DNA of 64,000 nucleotides from the human T2T-CHM13v2.0 reference genome, Homo sapiens (GCF_009914755.1 NC_060931.1); one strand, 5' to 3'. Positions 1 to 22,604 are shown, numbered from the stretch's first letter. A program made the numbers and translations. The notes: generated by a model not told the origin, from the letters alone.

Positions 1-23
1 AAAAGACTATTTTATGATGTATA

Positions 24-857
<834 letters not shown>

Positions 858-1063
858 CTAAATTCACTTTTGCCAAAATGGAGCTGTACAAGCAAATACA
901 ATAAATAAGGAAATTAGAGCCTGGTGGGAAGGTTGGAAGAGGCTAGGGGACTCTCCTCCGGCCAGGCTCACATGCACTCCCACTTCAATTTGTAAGATTC
1001 AAAAATAAAGAGCCACAGATCTAGGGCCTTTCCAAAATCTGATGACTACAGTACACACCCTTT

Positions 1064-1505
1064 CTGGTAGTTGATTACACTATATCCATTCTTCCCTTCT
1101 TCCTAAAGTATAAAACCCAATTTGATGGGGAGGGAAATGTGTCCACTTTAAAACTATTTTTCATAGTCTCCTTTGAAAAGCAAGGTTACCAGGTAACACA
1201 GCTGTCGCCAGTGAGATGCAGGCTGCTCTCTGTTGATGATTCTTTCCTATCCAGGGACCCCTTCTGCCCTGCCGCACCCTCCTGTGGGGGTGGAGCAGCC
1301 ATCTGGAAGCAGTGAGGATGAAACCCACCCTTAGGATGGTGGCGTGGAAGACAGAAGGTACCCAGGACTCTGGGCACACGGAGCCCCCACCAGCCACGCA
1401 CAGCCTGCCTCTGTGCCACTCAGGATGTGAGGAAAACAAGCCTCCACCTGGGCAAGCCACTAAGTTGGACTTCTATGACACGCAGGTGAAGGCACTCCCT
1501 AATTA
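1064..1505. mobile_element. Old MaLR LTR fragment (MLT1-like)
   Basis: atatccattcttcccttcttcct...aatgtgtccac...ccagtgagatg resembles the recalled MLT1I/J consensus; highly diverged. Confidence 0.5.
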
Positions 1506-1917
1506 GGTTTCTCAGTGTTATTGATGTTATGGGGGGAACAATTCTGGATTTTGTGGTTTCACACATTATTGAGGCAAGAGCCCATGGCTCTCAGACCCTA
1601 AATGCCAACAGCATCCTTCAACTGAAAACAACCTTACACGTTCCCAAACTGCCTTCAGTTATTCTTTGCTATTTGAATTATCTCTGGAAACCATGTCCAG
1701 CTGCATTAGAAATTATTTTCCTAGCATTAAAAATCAAAGTCAACTACTCTGAACGTTAAAGACTCCAACTCTCCTTCTATCTAGGCTCGAATAACTAAGG
1801 ACAGCACAAGTTAAATCAAACAACACTGGGGAAGTTGCCTTGCTTCCAGAGCTTTTCAAAATGCACTCACAGTGGCATTCAACTCTTGCTTGTCATTATT
1901 AATTTACGGCTGAACTA

Positions 1918-2297
<380 letters not shown>

Positions 2298-2330
2298 GCA
2301 ATTACTTTATTTCTTATTATTTAATTTTAA

Positions 2331-2621
<291 letters not shown>

Positions 2622-2783
2622 TTTCTTATTATTATCAACAAACCGTTGTATATTGGAGTATTCACAAATAATGTATAAGAAATCTAGGCTGGGTACAGTA
2701 GCTCATGCCTGTAACTCCCAGCACTTTGGGAGGTCAAGGCAGGAGGATCACTTGAGCCCAAGAGTTCAATATCAGCCTGGTCA

Positions 2784-2966
<183 letters not shown>

Positions 2967-4411
2967 CTAAATTTACCTTAAGAAGAAATTTAAAAAATGA
3001 TTCCACCTCAGCCTCTCAAGTAGTTGGGACTACAGGCATGTGTCATCATGCCTGGCTAATTTTTGTATTTCTTGTAAAGACTGGGTTCCACCATGTTGCC
3101 CAGGCTGGTCTTGAACTCCTGGGCTCAAGTGGTCTGCCTGCCTCAGCCTCCCAAAGTGCTGGGATTACAGGCATGAGCCACCATGCCTGGCTTCAGCTTT
3201 CTTATAGCATAGTATGTTATCAGTTCTCATAGACTTCTCTTTTGTATTTAAGAATTCTACACATGGCTGGGCATAGTGGCTCACATCTGTAATCCAGCAC
3301 TTTGGAAGCTGAAGTGGGAGGATCACTTGAGCCCAGGAGTTCATGACGAGCCTGGGCAACATAGGGAGACCCTGCCTTTACAAAAAATTAAAAAAAAGAA
3401 ATAGCCGGGCGTGGTAGCATGTGCCTACAGTCCCAGTCTCAGCTACTCAGGGTGAAGTGGGAGCCTGTGAGGTTGAGGCTACGGTGAGCCATGATCATGC
3501 CACTGCACTCTAGCCCAGACAACAGAGGGAGACCCTGTCTCTAAAAAGAAAAGAAAAGAAAAAAAAAAAAGATTCTAGGCTCAAGGAGTAAAACTATTTT
3601 CATATTAACAATTGTCCATCTAATTAAAAGTTAACATAGCAACTAAACCTGTATTCCACCCAGATGTTCAGTGTGCCCTCTCTTACTATGTTACTGAGGA
3701 GCTATGCTGAACCCGCCACTCCTGCCAAGCGTCTTTTACTGCCCTATGTGATAGAGAACAAGGGACCATGCAGAAGCGCAGACGGGGAAACCAAGAAGCA
3801 GACCACAGCAAATCCTCCCTCTCCTGCTCCCATAGAGGCAGCCAGAGAGGCCGACCCACAGCTACTCACCTTTCTAGAGTACTGCATGCCTTAAAGAGGC
3901 TGCTTCAGACATATCCTGTTTGCTCCTAATAACACTGAGGTAGGGAAAGCAAACTCTATCATCTCCCATCATCACACAGATCACACTATATAATCACTAT
4001 TTACTTGATTACATTTCCTGCTAGCTTCTCTAAGGTTGGGACTTGAGTATTCTGTCCCCAGCACAAAACCCAGGATCTTCTGAATGTGCTTCATCAGTTA
4101 CCTTCTTCTCAAGATCCTCTTGAGAGACATCTAAAGAATAAAAATATAAGTCTTGGTTTGTGAGGGTTAAGGGCCTAAAAGCCAATTGTGAAACTGGCAT
4201 TTTAAATGGAAGCGGGTCTGGTAGGGAATGACAGGTGGAGTGTGTGGCTTTGGTGGCAGAGTTCAGCAGGTAAGAAAGTCCTAGACCAGGGTTGACACAG
4301 GGACCAACATAGGAGGCAAAGCAAGAGGAGCAAACTGCCAGGTGTGGAGCCTGCTGCCCAGAGACCACAGGGTGCTCACACTTAGCGTGGTGAGGGCCTC
4401 AGTTCTGCAGG

Positions 4412-4763
4412 TGATATGGTTAGGCTGTGTCCCCACCCAAATCTCATTTGAAATCCCACGTATTGTGGGAGGGACCCAGTGGGGGTAATTGAATCATGGG
4501 GGCGGGTCTTTCCTGTGCTGTTCTCGTGATAGTGAGTAAGTCTCATGGGATCTGATGCTTATTATAAGGGAGAATTTTCCTGTACAAGCTCTCTTTGCTT
4601 GCTGCCATCCACGTAGGATGGGACTTGTTCCTCCTTGCCTTCTGTGATGATTGTGAGGCTTCCCCAGCCACATGGAACTGTAAGTCCAATTAAACCTCTT
4701 TCTTTTGTAAATTGCCCAGTCTTGGGTATGTCTTTATCAGCAGCGTAAAAATGGACTAATACA
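4412..4763 (+). mobile_element. THE1B-like MaLR solo LTR
   Basis: TGATATGG...GGACTAATACA termini, 352 bp, perfect 5-bp TSD GCAGG (4407-4411 / 4764-4768). Confidence 0.92.
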
Positions 4764-5292
4764 GCAGGTAAACCTAATGTGGTGACTTAAAAGTTCTCAA
4801 AGATAGGCTTGGAAGTACCTGCACAAATCAAATACAGACATAAAGTAGACTTTTTTTGAGACAGGGTCTCATTCTGTCGCCCAGGCAAGAGTGTAGTGGC
4901 GTGACCTCAGCTCACTGCAACCTCCGCCTCCCAGGCTCAAGCCATCCTCCCACCTCCGCCTCCTGAGTAGCTGGGACCACAGGTGTGTGCCACCACACCT
5001 GGGTAATTTTTGTATTTTTTTGTAGAGATGGAGTCTTGCTGAGTTGCCCAGGGTGGTCTCAAACCCCTGGGTTCAAGTGATCCACCTACCTCAGCCTCCC
5101 AAAGTGCTAGACTTATAGGCATGCACCACCACACCCAACCCAAAGTAGAAATTTTTAGTTCACATAATTCACATTGAGTATTCCAGCAAAAATTTAGCTT
5201 TCAAAATGGTATGGGTTTTTTAAAATGTTATCTCTAGGTGTCACAAAATGAAAATGTCCTACAGCCACTAAAATTTAAGATTCAAGATGGTA

Positions 5293-5593
5293 AGCCGGGC
5301 GCGGTGGCTCACGCCTGTAATCCCAGTACTTTGGGAGGCTGAGGCAGGTGGATCACCTGAGGTCAGGAGTTCAAGACCAGCCTGGCCAACATGAAGAAAC
5401 CCTGCTTCTACTAAAAATATAAAAATTAGCTGGGCATGGTGGCACGTGCCTGTAATCCCAGCTACTTGGGAGGCTGAGGCAGGAGAACTGCTTGAACCTG
5501 GGAGGCAGAGGGTTGCAGTGAGCCCAGATTGCGCCATTGCACTTCAGCCTGGGCAACAAGAGTGAAACTCCATCTCAAAAAAAAAAAAAAAAA
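5293..5593 (+). mobile_element. AluS with long TSD
   Basis: Full-length Alu flanked by aagattcaagatggta on both sides. Confidence 0.95.
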
Positions 5594-7389
5594 GATTCAA
5601 GATGGTAGGTAATAAGGGGCTGGTTATAGCAGACTGGGAGTAATCCACACAGAAATAATAGAGAAAAAACAAAAATCTCTTTGATGGGTGGGTATTATGG
5701 ACCTAAAATTAAGGCCAAAACTAAATTTTTGAGATATATCCACAGTTAGAAGAGGCATTAGAAGACAGCTAAAACAGAAATTTAATAGGAAAACCAGGAA
5801 GAAAAACATTACAGGGCAAAAGAGAATGTTTCAAGAAAATGAAACTACTAAATAATAAATATAGCAGAAAAGTCATGACAATGAAAAACAGCAGGGAAAA
5901 GATCACTGAGTTTGTCCAAAATAGTGACCTTGGAGCATTAATTGTGTAGTCCGCAAAAGCACATTTAACATCTCATTTTGTGAACCAAACTTTTAAAACT
6001 GAGATACTCAGAAGACAGGAGACAACGGCACTAGCCTAGGCATTCACTGCTTCTAGAGTAACAGCAAGGACAGAGTGGATTCCCGACGAGTGAAACTGAG
6101 GCAAAGAAGTTGAAGGTTAAATCCCTGCCTAAGAGATACTCTTTTTCTTTTACACATTAATAGCAAAGCAGGTATAAAAAAGGCTTTTATAACAACCGGG
6201 AAGACACTGCAAACTTGCAAGAGACACATGAATTATCATTAAGGTCCTTGAACTAAATTCCTCACAAATATGTTTAATGATGAACTGAAATCAGTTTTAC
6301 TGATTTTATAAACATTTACTGTTTGATCCTCAAGATCAAAACCTGTAATCAAATATTATGTCCTACAGAAGGGACATCATCCTTTTCAATGTACTTGAAG
6401 TCACCGTCTCATATGTTTCTGTGGCTGCTACAGCATCCTTGTCCAGCCAAATTATGGAACGTGACAACTCGCAGTAAAAAAATCCCTAAGGTTTGGCACT
6501 TGAAGATATTAAACTAAATCAGAAAATCTGGATGATTTGGCCTTGACAGTTCCTCTTACAAATAGAACGCTGTAAGGAGTTTGGGTAACAGATTGTCAGA
6601 AAGAGTTCTGAATCTAAAGATCCTTCAAAATAAGGAAAAGAAAGGAAAAGCCAAAAAAGCTATCATCTTGGTACCAGCCTACCAATTATATAACAAATAT
6701 GTTGAATTTGCAGATTATAATCATTATAGAAGTAAAGAAGTAATGAATTGGTACATGGTACTGAATAACTCCTATCCAAAAAAGCATTAAAAATATGTTT
6801 ACAGGTTGGGCGTGGTGGTTCACGCCCATAATCCCAGCACTTTGGGAGGCTGAGGTGGGCAGATGGCTTGAGCCCAGGAGTTCAAGACCATCCTGGGCAA
6901 CATGGCAAAACTCCATCTCTACAAAATACACAAAAATTAGTCTGGTGTGGTGGCACACATCTGTGGTCCCAGCTATTCAGGAGGCAGAGGTGCGAGGATC
7001 ACCTGAGCCCGGGGGTTGGTCGAGGCTGCAGCGAGCCGTCACGGCGCCACTGCACTCCAGCCTGGGCAACAAGAGTGAGACCCTGTCTCAAAAAGAAAAG
7101 TTTGGCACTGGGCACAATGGCTCATGCCTGTAATCTCAGCACTTTGGGAGGCTGACACAGGTGGATCACTTGAGGTCAGGAGTTCAAGACCAGCCTGGCC
7201 AACATGTTGGAACCCTGTCTCTACTAAAAATACAAAAAATTTGCTGGGCATGGTAGCATCTGCCTGTAATTCCAGCTATTTGGGAGGCTGAGGTTGCAGT
7301 GAGCCGAGATCGAGCTGCACTCCAGCCTGGGTGACAGAGTGAGACTCTGTCTCAAAACAAAACAAAACAAAAATAAAAATAAATGTTTG

Positions 7390-7600
7390 GATGAGAACAC
7401 ATGGACACAGGGAGGGGAACAACAGACACCGGGGCCTGCTGAAGGCATGAGGGGAGGGAGCGCGTCAGGACAAATAGCCAGGACAAGTAACCTAGGTGAT
7501 GGGTTGATAGGCGCAGCCAACCACCATGGCACGCGTTTATCTATATAACAAACCTTCACGTTCTACACATGTATCCTAGAATTTAAAATTAAATTAAAAT
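7390..7600 (+). mobile_element. Primate L1 (L1PA/PB) 3' end fragment
   Basis: gatgagaacacatggacacagggaggggaacaac...aaccaccatggcac...acatgtatcctagaa is L1 3'UTR sequence. Confidence 0.85.
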
Positions 7601-8214
7601 AAATTTTAAAAAATGTTCGGATGGGTGCAGTGGCTCACACCTGTAATCCCAGCATTTTGGGAGGCCAAGGTGGGTGGATTCCCTGAGGTTGGGTGTTCGA
7701 GACCAGCCTGGCCAATATGGTGAAACCCCATCTCTACTAAAAATACAGATGAGACAGAGCAAGACTCTATCTCAAAAAAAAAGTTTACAATGGCATTGAG
7801 ACTCTATAACCCCTAAATCTTACTACTTCAACTTAAGCTTTTCTGTAACAAGCTCTGATAAACTTCTATTGTTGATAAATAATCTTTATAATCCCAGTCT
7901 TCTATCTGCTATTGTTCCAATGGAATACTCATCTAACTAGTTTTACAGCTATAGGATCTTCAGTAGTTTTCAGTAAACTTTTTTGTTAGTTACTGAACAT
8001 GATGGTGTTTTTCAACGTTTCTATAATATAATATTCTAATGTAGAAGTTGTTCCACAAACCCATTTTAACATATTGTCAGTTTCATAAGGCTCACCTTAA
8101 TAATATCCTTCCTTACAGAGAGAGTACAAAGACCATTCTGTTTTTTGTCTTACATATTTGATCAAAATTTGTGTTTTATTATGGAGAATTTTGGTTAGCA
8201 AATCTGCTGTACAA

Positions 8215-11690
<3,476 letters not shown>

Positions 11691-12045
11691 GAAAAAAAAT
11701 CAACCTAAGCGCACGCCCTTAGTAAGTTTTCCCTGTTGTAGAAATACTAACAAGTGGGTACCCAAGGACTTCCCTACAACTCCGCAAGCTTCTAAAGAAA
11801 AGGAATTTCAACATAAACTATAATAACAGGACTTGCATAAATATTGTGTGTTGAGAATAAGACAGAGGTCAAGGCATATTCTGAAGATTTACTGCAGAGA
11901 AGCAAACTTGTCTGACACCGATGAGGAAAGCTTAAAAGCTTTCTGTCACAACCTGTGTCTCATTTTCCAATTGTACAGTTTAACCTGTATAAACTCTTGT
12001 GAGGAGTATGTGTATACATGTGAGCTTATGTGAAAAATCCTTTTA

Positions 12046-12201
<156 letters not shown>

Positions 12202-13848
12202 TTAAAAATATAAAATCCTAGACATCTATATTTATACCATTTTCCGAAAGTCTGTAAGATTTCATAACTTTAGGCTGGGTGCTGTGGCTCACACCTGTAA
12301 TCCCAATACTTTGGGAGGCCAAGGTGGGCAGATCGCTTGAGTCCAGTTTCAGACCAGCCTGGGCGACATGGTGAAACCTGACTCTACAAAAAATACAAAA
12401 ATTATCTGGGCATGGTGGCACACACTGTAATCCCAGCTACTGAGGAGGCTGAGGTGGGAAGATCACTTGAGTCAAAGAGGCAGAGGTTGCAGCCTGGGTG
12501 ACAGAGTGAGGCCCTATCTCAAAAAAAATTTTTTTCATAATTTTGTGGATTTGGAAGAAAATATGAAATAGGAAATATAGTTTAGGAGAAATGTTGTGTT
12601 TACTTATTTTTCAGATATTTTACTTTTTGTTTATCTACCAAATACTGACAGTATAAAATGAGTCTGTACCCTCAAAGGAATGGATAGTCTAGTTTAGGAT
12701 ATAAGACAAACTGCTATGGCAAAATTTTTACCTTCCTTGTAATTAACTTTCACACAGTTAATTCTTACCACACTTGTTACACAGTTATCTGCCTTCATTT
12801 GTCTGCCCCATTCATTGTGAGCTCTTTATTTCACTGGGGAAGGGGACAAAGGAGAAAGGTGGAGGAGAACTTCCTTGAGGAGCCACCACCTGGGCTCTCT
12901 CCTAAGTAAGACTGCCAGGTGAATGGGGCACAGGCAGGCCTAGTAGACCTGCTAACAGAAACAGGAGCAGCCACAGTGCAGAGGTTATAAATAGCATTGT
13001 GCATAGGGACACTGTGAGCAGCTTTGAACTCCTAGATACTGTAACAGCACCAAACAGGCAGGACCCAGGGAAGCCCTACAAGAGAGCAGAAGTCAGAGCA
13101 TGGAAGGGCTCAGACGCCATGTTTGGGAGCTTATCTTTGGCTTGTAGACAACAGCCAACAGGTGTGACACTAAGCAGTGAGAAGTATTTAGAACATAGTT
13201 AAGAGTAGACATTTGGGACCCCAGAGCCAGACCTGCTAGGTCACTGAGGTCCTTAGGCTTCTCATCTGTCAAGTGAGGATAACAAACAGCACCCTCCCTC
13301 ATAAGGCTGATGAGGATTAAATATGTGAAAAGAGTACCTGGCATATTATCCACTTCTTTTTCTTTTTTGAGGCGGAGTCTTGCCCTGTCGCCCAGGCTGG
13401 AGTTCAGTGGTGCGATCTCTGCTCACTGTAACCTCTGCCTTCTGGGCTCAAGTGATTCTCCTGCCTCAGCCTCCTGAGTAGCTGGGATTACAGGCACCCA
13501 CCACCACGCCCGGCTAATTTTTGTATTTTTAGTAGAGACAAGGTTTCACCATGTTGGGGCAGGCTGGTTTCAAACTCCTGACCTCAAATGATCCGCTCCC
13601 ATCGGCCTCCCAATCTGCTGGGATTACAGGCGTGAGCCACCGCGCCCAGCCTATCTGCATTTCAAACAGATCATCTTGGTGGTTACTAGGGGACAGATGT
13701 GAGGAGAGTTAAAACCATACGTGGAGAGAGGGCTGGGGTTTGTCACCCTAGTCTGGAGGAGGAGTGTCTGCACCATGACGGAAGTCATTAGGATCACAGG
13801 GGGCAATCTCGGTGAAGGATTTAACTGTCACAAGGGAGACAAAACTGA

Positions 13849-14259
<411 letters not shown>

Positions 14260-14729
14260 TTATTTGCATTTTTTTAAACCAAATCAAGTTGTGGAAAGAC
14301 TTCCTCAAGTGATGAAAAAGTTCTATGCATTAATTTAACAGGCGTTCGTTGAATTTCTGTTGCGTATGAAGCACTGTGCTAGGTAAAATGTTGACTACAA
14401 AGATGAAGATGACAACCTACCCTCAAAGAATGTGCAGTCTCAGTCCTCTAGATGAGATTATGTCATAATACAAGGTAAAGTTACAGGGTGCTTAATTAGA
14501 GCAGAGGTTCTGAGGGCATACCCATGGCCAAAACTATTTTCGTAAACAGAAAAAGTAAAAATTAAGATGTTATTTGCCTAGTTTGATACTAAGGTCCTAA
14601 AAGCAATAGTGGGTACCTGCTGACAGCTAGCGTAATCAAGGCAGTGGTGTGGAAATGTATTAGCACACATCGCCAAGCACTACCTGCACTCAGGCAGAAC
14701 AAAACCAGCTTTACGTAAGAATGTCTTTG

Positions 14730-14733
<4 letters not shown>

Positions 14734-14776
<43 letters not shown>
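14734..14776 (+). repeat. Pure A43 homopolymer
   Basis: 43 consecutive A counted; no adjoining Alu or L1 3' end. Confidence 0.95.
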
Positions 14777-14778
<2 letters not shown>

Positions 14779-14849
14779 CTGCTTTTACTAAATCATGACC
14801 CTTGAGTACACTTTAAAAAATATTCTTTGTGATGACATGAGAAACATAC

Positions 14850-15690
<841 letters not shown>

Positions 15691-15691
15691 C

Positions 15692-16808
15692 TGTGATAGT
15701 TAATTGTATGTGTCAACTAGATTAAGTTAAGAGATGCCCAAATAGCTGGTAAAGCATTATTTCTGGGTGTGTCATGAGGGTGTTTCTGGAGGACACGAGC
15801 ATCATCAGTAGACTGATTAAAAAGGATCCATCCTCACTAATGCAGACGGGCATCCTCCAATCCCTCTTTTCTTGAACTGGGACACCCATCTTCTCCTGCC
15901 CTCAGATATTGGAGCCCCTGATTCTGGGACTTACCCCAGTGCCGCCTGTCCCCCAACCCTACACCATTCTCGAGCCTTTAAAGCCCTGGACTGGGAGTTC
16001 CACCACGGGCTCTCCTGGCTCTCAGCCCTTCAGACTCAGACTGAATTACACCACAGGCTTTCTGGTTCTCCAGCTTGCAGATGGTGTGTCTGGGATTTCC
16101 TGGCCTCCATCATCACGCTATTAGAGTAGGTAGACAGACAGGTGTGAGTGGGGCAAGACAGGCCCCAAGGAATGTCCAGGTGGCCTCTTCAGGAATGATA
16201 ACTGGTTGCAGCTGGCACCAGGGAGGGGAAAATTTCCTAACAGGAAACATCTTGGGCTTACGGGCAACAACTTCCTGATAAGATCCTAGGAATTGAGCAA
16301 ACATGTCCAGGAATGTGCAGTAGGGAGCAAAATGGTGGAGTGTGACCAGTATATGACCTTTCTCTGGGAGCACTAGACCAGTACGGGAAAATTGCCCTAC
16401 ACGAGCATGCACAGAACTCCAAACACCAAATGGCACTCGTGGCCCCTTTCAGATGCTGGCAAGTCACTGCACATGAGGCAATTAGCCAGCAGCCCATCCA
16501 AGGAGAAGGATGAGAGGAGACCAGGAAGGATCAGGAAATAGGGGCATTCAATATTTCAAGTTGCCCATTTGGTCCCTTCCAAGTGAACGTTACTTCAAAA
16601 ACCCTTCAGTCCTGCCTTGAATCTACTTCTGTCTTGGCTGAATTCTTTCTTCCAAGAAGACAAGAACTAAGGACTGTGGACCCCAACCAGACTTGCTGCC
16701 CTGGTAACAATGTGAGCCAATTTCCATAATAAATTTCCTCTTATATATCTACATGTATCCTATTGGTTGTTGGTTGTGTTTCTCCTCTGGAGAACTGTGC
16801 CTAACACA
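15692..16808 (+). mobile_element. MLT2 (ERVL) LTR interrupted by another LTR
   Basis: Starts tgtgatagttaattgtatgtgtcaact and ends tctggagaac...ctaacaca; sequence resumes at gtgagccaatttcc after the insert. Confidence 0.8.
16119..16709 (+). mobile_element. Solo LTR (MER54/MER74-like) nested in MLT2
   Basis: t(a)ttagagtaggtag start and ...ctggtaaca end; the MLT2 is continuous across it. Family uncertain. Confidence 0.6.
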
Positions 16809-17069
16809 TAACTCAGTGAACCATCCAAAAGATGCATGGTGTGAAATCATTCCTGGGTAAAAGATTTCACTCCAACTGTAAGACAAACCTTTTTTTTTTT
16901 TTTTTTTTTTTTTTAGACAGGGTCTTACTCCCGTCACCCAGGTTGGAGTACAATGGCACGATGAGACTCAACCTCCCAGGCTCAAGTGATCCTCCCACCT
17001 CGGCCTCCCAAGTAGCTGGACTACAGGCTCGTGCCACTATGTCCAGCTAATTTTTTTTGTTATTTTTAG

Positions 17070-17192
<123 letters not shown>

Positions 17193-17743
17193 TAAGATTT
17201 TATATCCCACATTGTAGTTAGCCTTTAGGAAAACTACTACTTGTCAAGCTTTGGTAACAGTAACCAAGAAGAATATCTATAATTCTGTGAAAAGGTCTTA
17301 AAATACTCCTCCCTTTCCCAACGTGACTTTCTCTGAGAGGATGGATGTTCTTCATATACTTTAACCCAACCAACATATGATAACAGACTGCATAAGAACC
17401 CAGTTCCATTAAGCCAGATATTAAAAAGATTTGCAAATATGTAAAACAACATCATTTTTCTCAGTTTTTTCTTAGAAAAATACAGCTATTTTTCATAAAA
17501 ATATGTTTTATAAAAATATTCAATGTGTGTGTCACTGTACATGAACGTAAATATTTTAAAATTTTAAATTTGTTTCATGGACACATATAACATAAAGAAA
17601 AGCTCTTTAGATTCTTCAATAATTTTTTTTTTGAGACAGGGTCTTGCTTTGTCACCCAGGCTGGAGTGTGCAGTGATGACATCATGGCTCTCTGCAGCCT
17701 TGACCTCTTGGGCCCATGCAATCCTTGCATATCAGCCTCCTGA

Positions 17744-18398
<655 letters not shown>

Positions 18399-19279
18399 TG
18401 AATAACATCCTCATTAGATTAACTTGGGAAGACACTCCAATTGTTTACTCTTACTGTCATTTCTCAAAACACTGTAGAATCCTCACCCCTGAGAAATCCT
18501 GGCAAAATAGTACTCAAGAAAGTATTATAGGCCAGGTGCGGTGGCTCACGCCTGTAATCCCAGCACTTTGGGAGTGCCAAGGTGGGCAGATCACCTGAGA
18601 CTGGGAGTTCGAGACCAGCCTGACCAACATGGTGAAACCCTGTCTCTACTAAAAATACTAAATTAGCCAGGCGTGGTGGCACATGCCTGTAATCCCAGCT
18701 ACTGGGGAGGCTGAGACGGAAGAATCGCTTGAGTCTGAGGCAGAGGTTGCGGTGAGCCGAGATTACGCCATTGCACTCCAGCCTGGGCAACAAGAGCAAA
18801 ACTCCGTCTCAAAAAAAAAAAGAAAAAAGTATTATAATTTTATTGACGGGACTCTTTTGGGCGAAGATGGTATTACTCCTCTTAGTTACCCACAAGGATT
18901 AGGCAATCTGCATCAGACTTTCCACTGTTACTTAGAAAATCAAATTTAATTTCAAAGGAGAAAAACTGTCCACCACTGAGAATATCCAAAGCAACGTTTT
19001 ACAACGTCAAAGCAGAGTATACTGAATTATAAAGGGGGTGAAAGAACCTCCCAGAAATAGGAAATAGATTTAAATTTACAAGTAATGGATAATATTAACA
19101 ATTCACAAGCCAAGCAAATTGTTAATATTACAATTAACAATTGTAATTGTTGCTCACACCCATAATCCCAGCACTTTGGGAGTCTGAGGCAGGTGGATCA
19201 CCTGAGGTCAGGAGTTCCAGACCAGCCTGGCTGACATGGTGAAACCCCCATCTCTATGAAAAATACAAAAAATTAGCTA

Positions 19280-19800
<521 letters not shown>

Positions 19801-20923
19801 CAAAAATCTGACATAGGCCTATTACAGAAAATTAAAATTAATGATGTCCAGATTCAAGGAAAGAGTCAATAGAAGCAAGGTATGGTCAACCTGCAGTTTC
19901 AGAAGCGAAAGAAGAGTTTGTTAAGTGTCCAGGGTAAAGGGAACCCAAGTAAATTCTGCTTGACATGACAGTTTAATCCTCTTAGGGAAGACTAATACAT
20001 CAGGCATCAGAGCTTGGTGATGATAGCCATTATGACAAACTGTTTCTCTTAATTCTCTAAGCAACCTTTCCGAGGCAAAATTTCCTAACTAGAAAAGAAT
20101 ACACAGTGGACATAATAATTTTAATCTATTTGACAGTTTCACTAATATTGTGAGTCAATAGATTTGATACTTGGATTGTAAATCAGCATCTGCTAAGTTC
20201 TATTATCGTAACAATAGCTATCTAATAATAGTTATTTGAGCTTACTGTGGGATCAGCAGTACATTCTTTATATTATGTCCTTTAATTGTTACATCAACCC
20301 TATTTGTTACTATTGTATTTTTCACATGAGAAAACTAGTAAATGTCAGGGCCAGGATTTAATCAAGATCTCTGTGATTCTCAAAGCCTGGAATTTTTCTA
20401 CTATGCTATACAACCTCAGTATCACTGAGACTAATCAAATATGAGTACAAGGACTAAACTGAGTTTTTGGACCTATTAAACTGAAAATCAGGCCAGGTGC
20501 AGTGGTTCACACCTGTCATCCAAGCACTTTGAGAGGCTGAGGCAGGAGTACTTGAGGCCAAGAGTTCAAGACTAGCCTGGGCAACATAGTGAGATCCCAC
20601 CTCTACAGAAAAATAAAAGTTAAAAATTAAAAAACAGGAGGAAAGCCATCTGAGGTCCTGTCTGGGCGATTATCTGACTTCTTTCAACCATTCCTTTAGT
20701 TGAAACTTGAACACTAACAAGGTGTCCCAAATGTCTTCAGCAGCAGCAGCATTGCTGGAGCAAGCATTTAGTCTGCAAAAGAGATAATGCTCAATTATAC
20801 AGACATTTAATGGTAAACATTTTACAGAGTCTCACTCTGTCGCCCAGGCTGGAGTGCAGAGGCACAATCTCGGCTCACTGCAAGCCCCTGGGTTCAAGCG
20901 ATTCTCCTGCCTCAGCCTCCTGA

Positions 20924-21169
<246 letters not shown>

Positions 21170-22307
21170 TAGCCAACACAGTTGCTGTTTTCAACAAAAC
21201 TGATGGGGAGGCCAGGCATCGTGGCTCATGCCTGTAATCCCAGCACTTCGGGAGGCCGAGGTGAAAGGATGCTTGGGCCAAGGCTAGCAACATAGTGTAA
21301 CCTATTTAAACTAAACAGTCAAAAGGCTGTAAAAAAAAAAAAAAGTACAATAAAGTTAGGCAGGTGCTGTAACAGAAATACACATGGGGCATTGTGAGGG
21401 CATAAAAGAGAGTTGGCCAATTCTAATCTGCGTGAGAGTGACTTTTAATTTTGAGTGACAGATTTTAGTACATAGTTCTTTCAGGTAAATATAAATTGTG
21501 TACTGAGAGAGAAATGCCTTTTTTCCTTCTACCTGGAATATCTTTAGCCTATTTCCTCCAACTAAATTCCCTACTGAATGAATGAAAATTCTGGGCATTC
21601 TTCAAGGTTCCTTCCCTCCATGAAGCTATTACTGTCCTTAAGAACACATTGCTAGCCACTCTCCCTCATCTGGATATAAACATTTAAAAGGAAAGAGATC
21701 AATATTGGCTTTGTTACCAATTCCAAAATGCAATGCTTTATGCTTGGCAGAAACTTAATAGCTGCCTAGTAAACTACAGGCAAACAAGGCATGCACAGGC
21801 AGAACTGGGAGAAGAATGGGGAGTGTAAAGAACCTCCAACTATTTAGAAGTTCAGGTTTGGATAATTGATGCAAACCTCTATTACACAGAAGTCCGTGAG
21901 TACACATCCTTATGACTACCATCAAGGTACAAACAAAACATTGCCCTGTTTTAGGGCATCAGTATATCGCCTATTTAGTAGAATACATATTATATAGGCT
22001 TTTTTTTTTTGAGACCAAGTCTCACTCTGTCACCCAGGCTGGAGTGCAGTGGTGTGATCTCAGCTCACTGCAACCTCTGTCTTCCCGGGTTCAAGCAATT
22101 ATCCTGCCTCAGCCTCCTGAGTTGCTGGGATTACAGGTGTGTGCCACCATGCCCGGTAATTTTTGTATTTTTAGTAGAGACAGGGTTTTGCCATGTTGGT
22201 CAGGCTGGTCTCGAACTCAGGTAATCCGCCCACCTCAGCCTCCCAAAGTGCTGGGATTACAGGTGTGAGCCACCACGCCCAGCCCATACAGATGTTTTTA
22301 AACATCA

Positions 22308-22463
<156 letters not shown>

Positions 22464-22466
22464 CTA

Positions 22467-22604
<138 letters not shown>

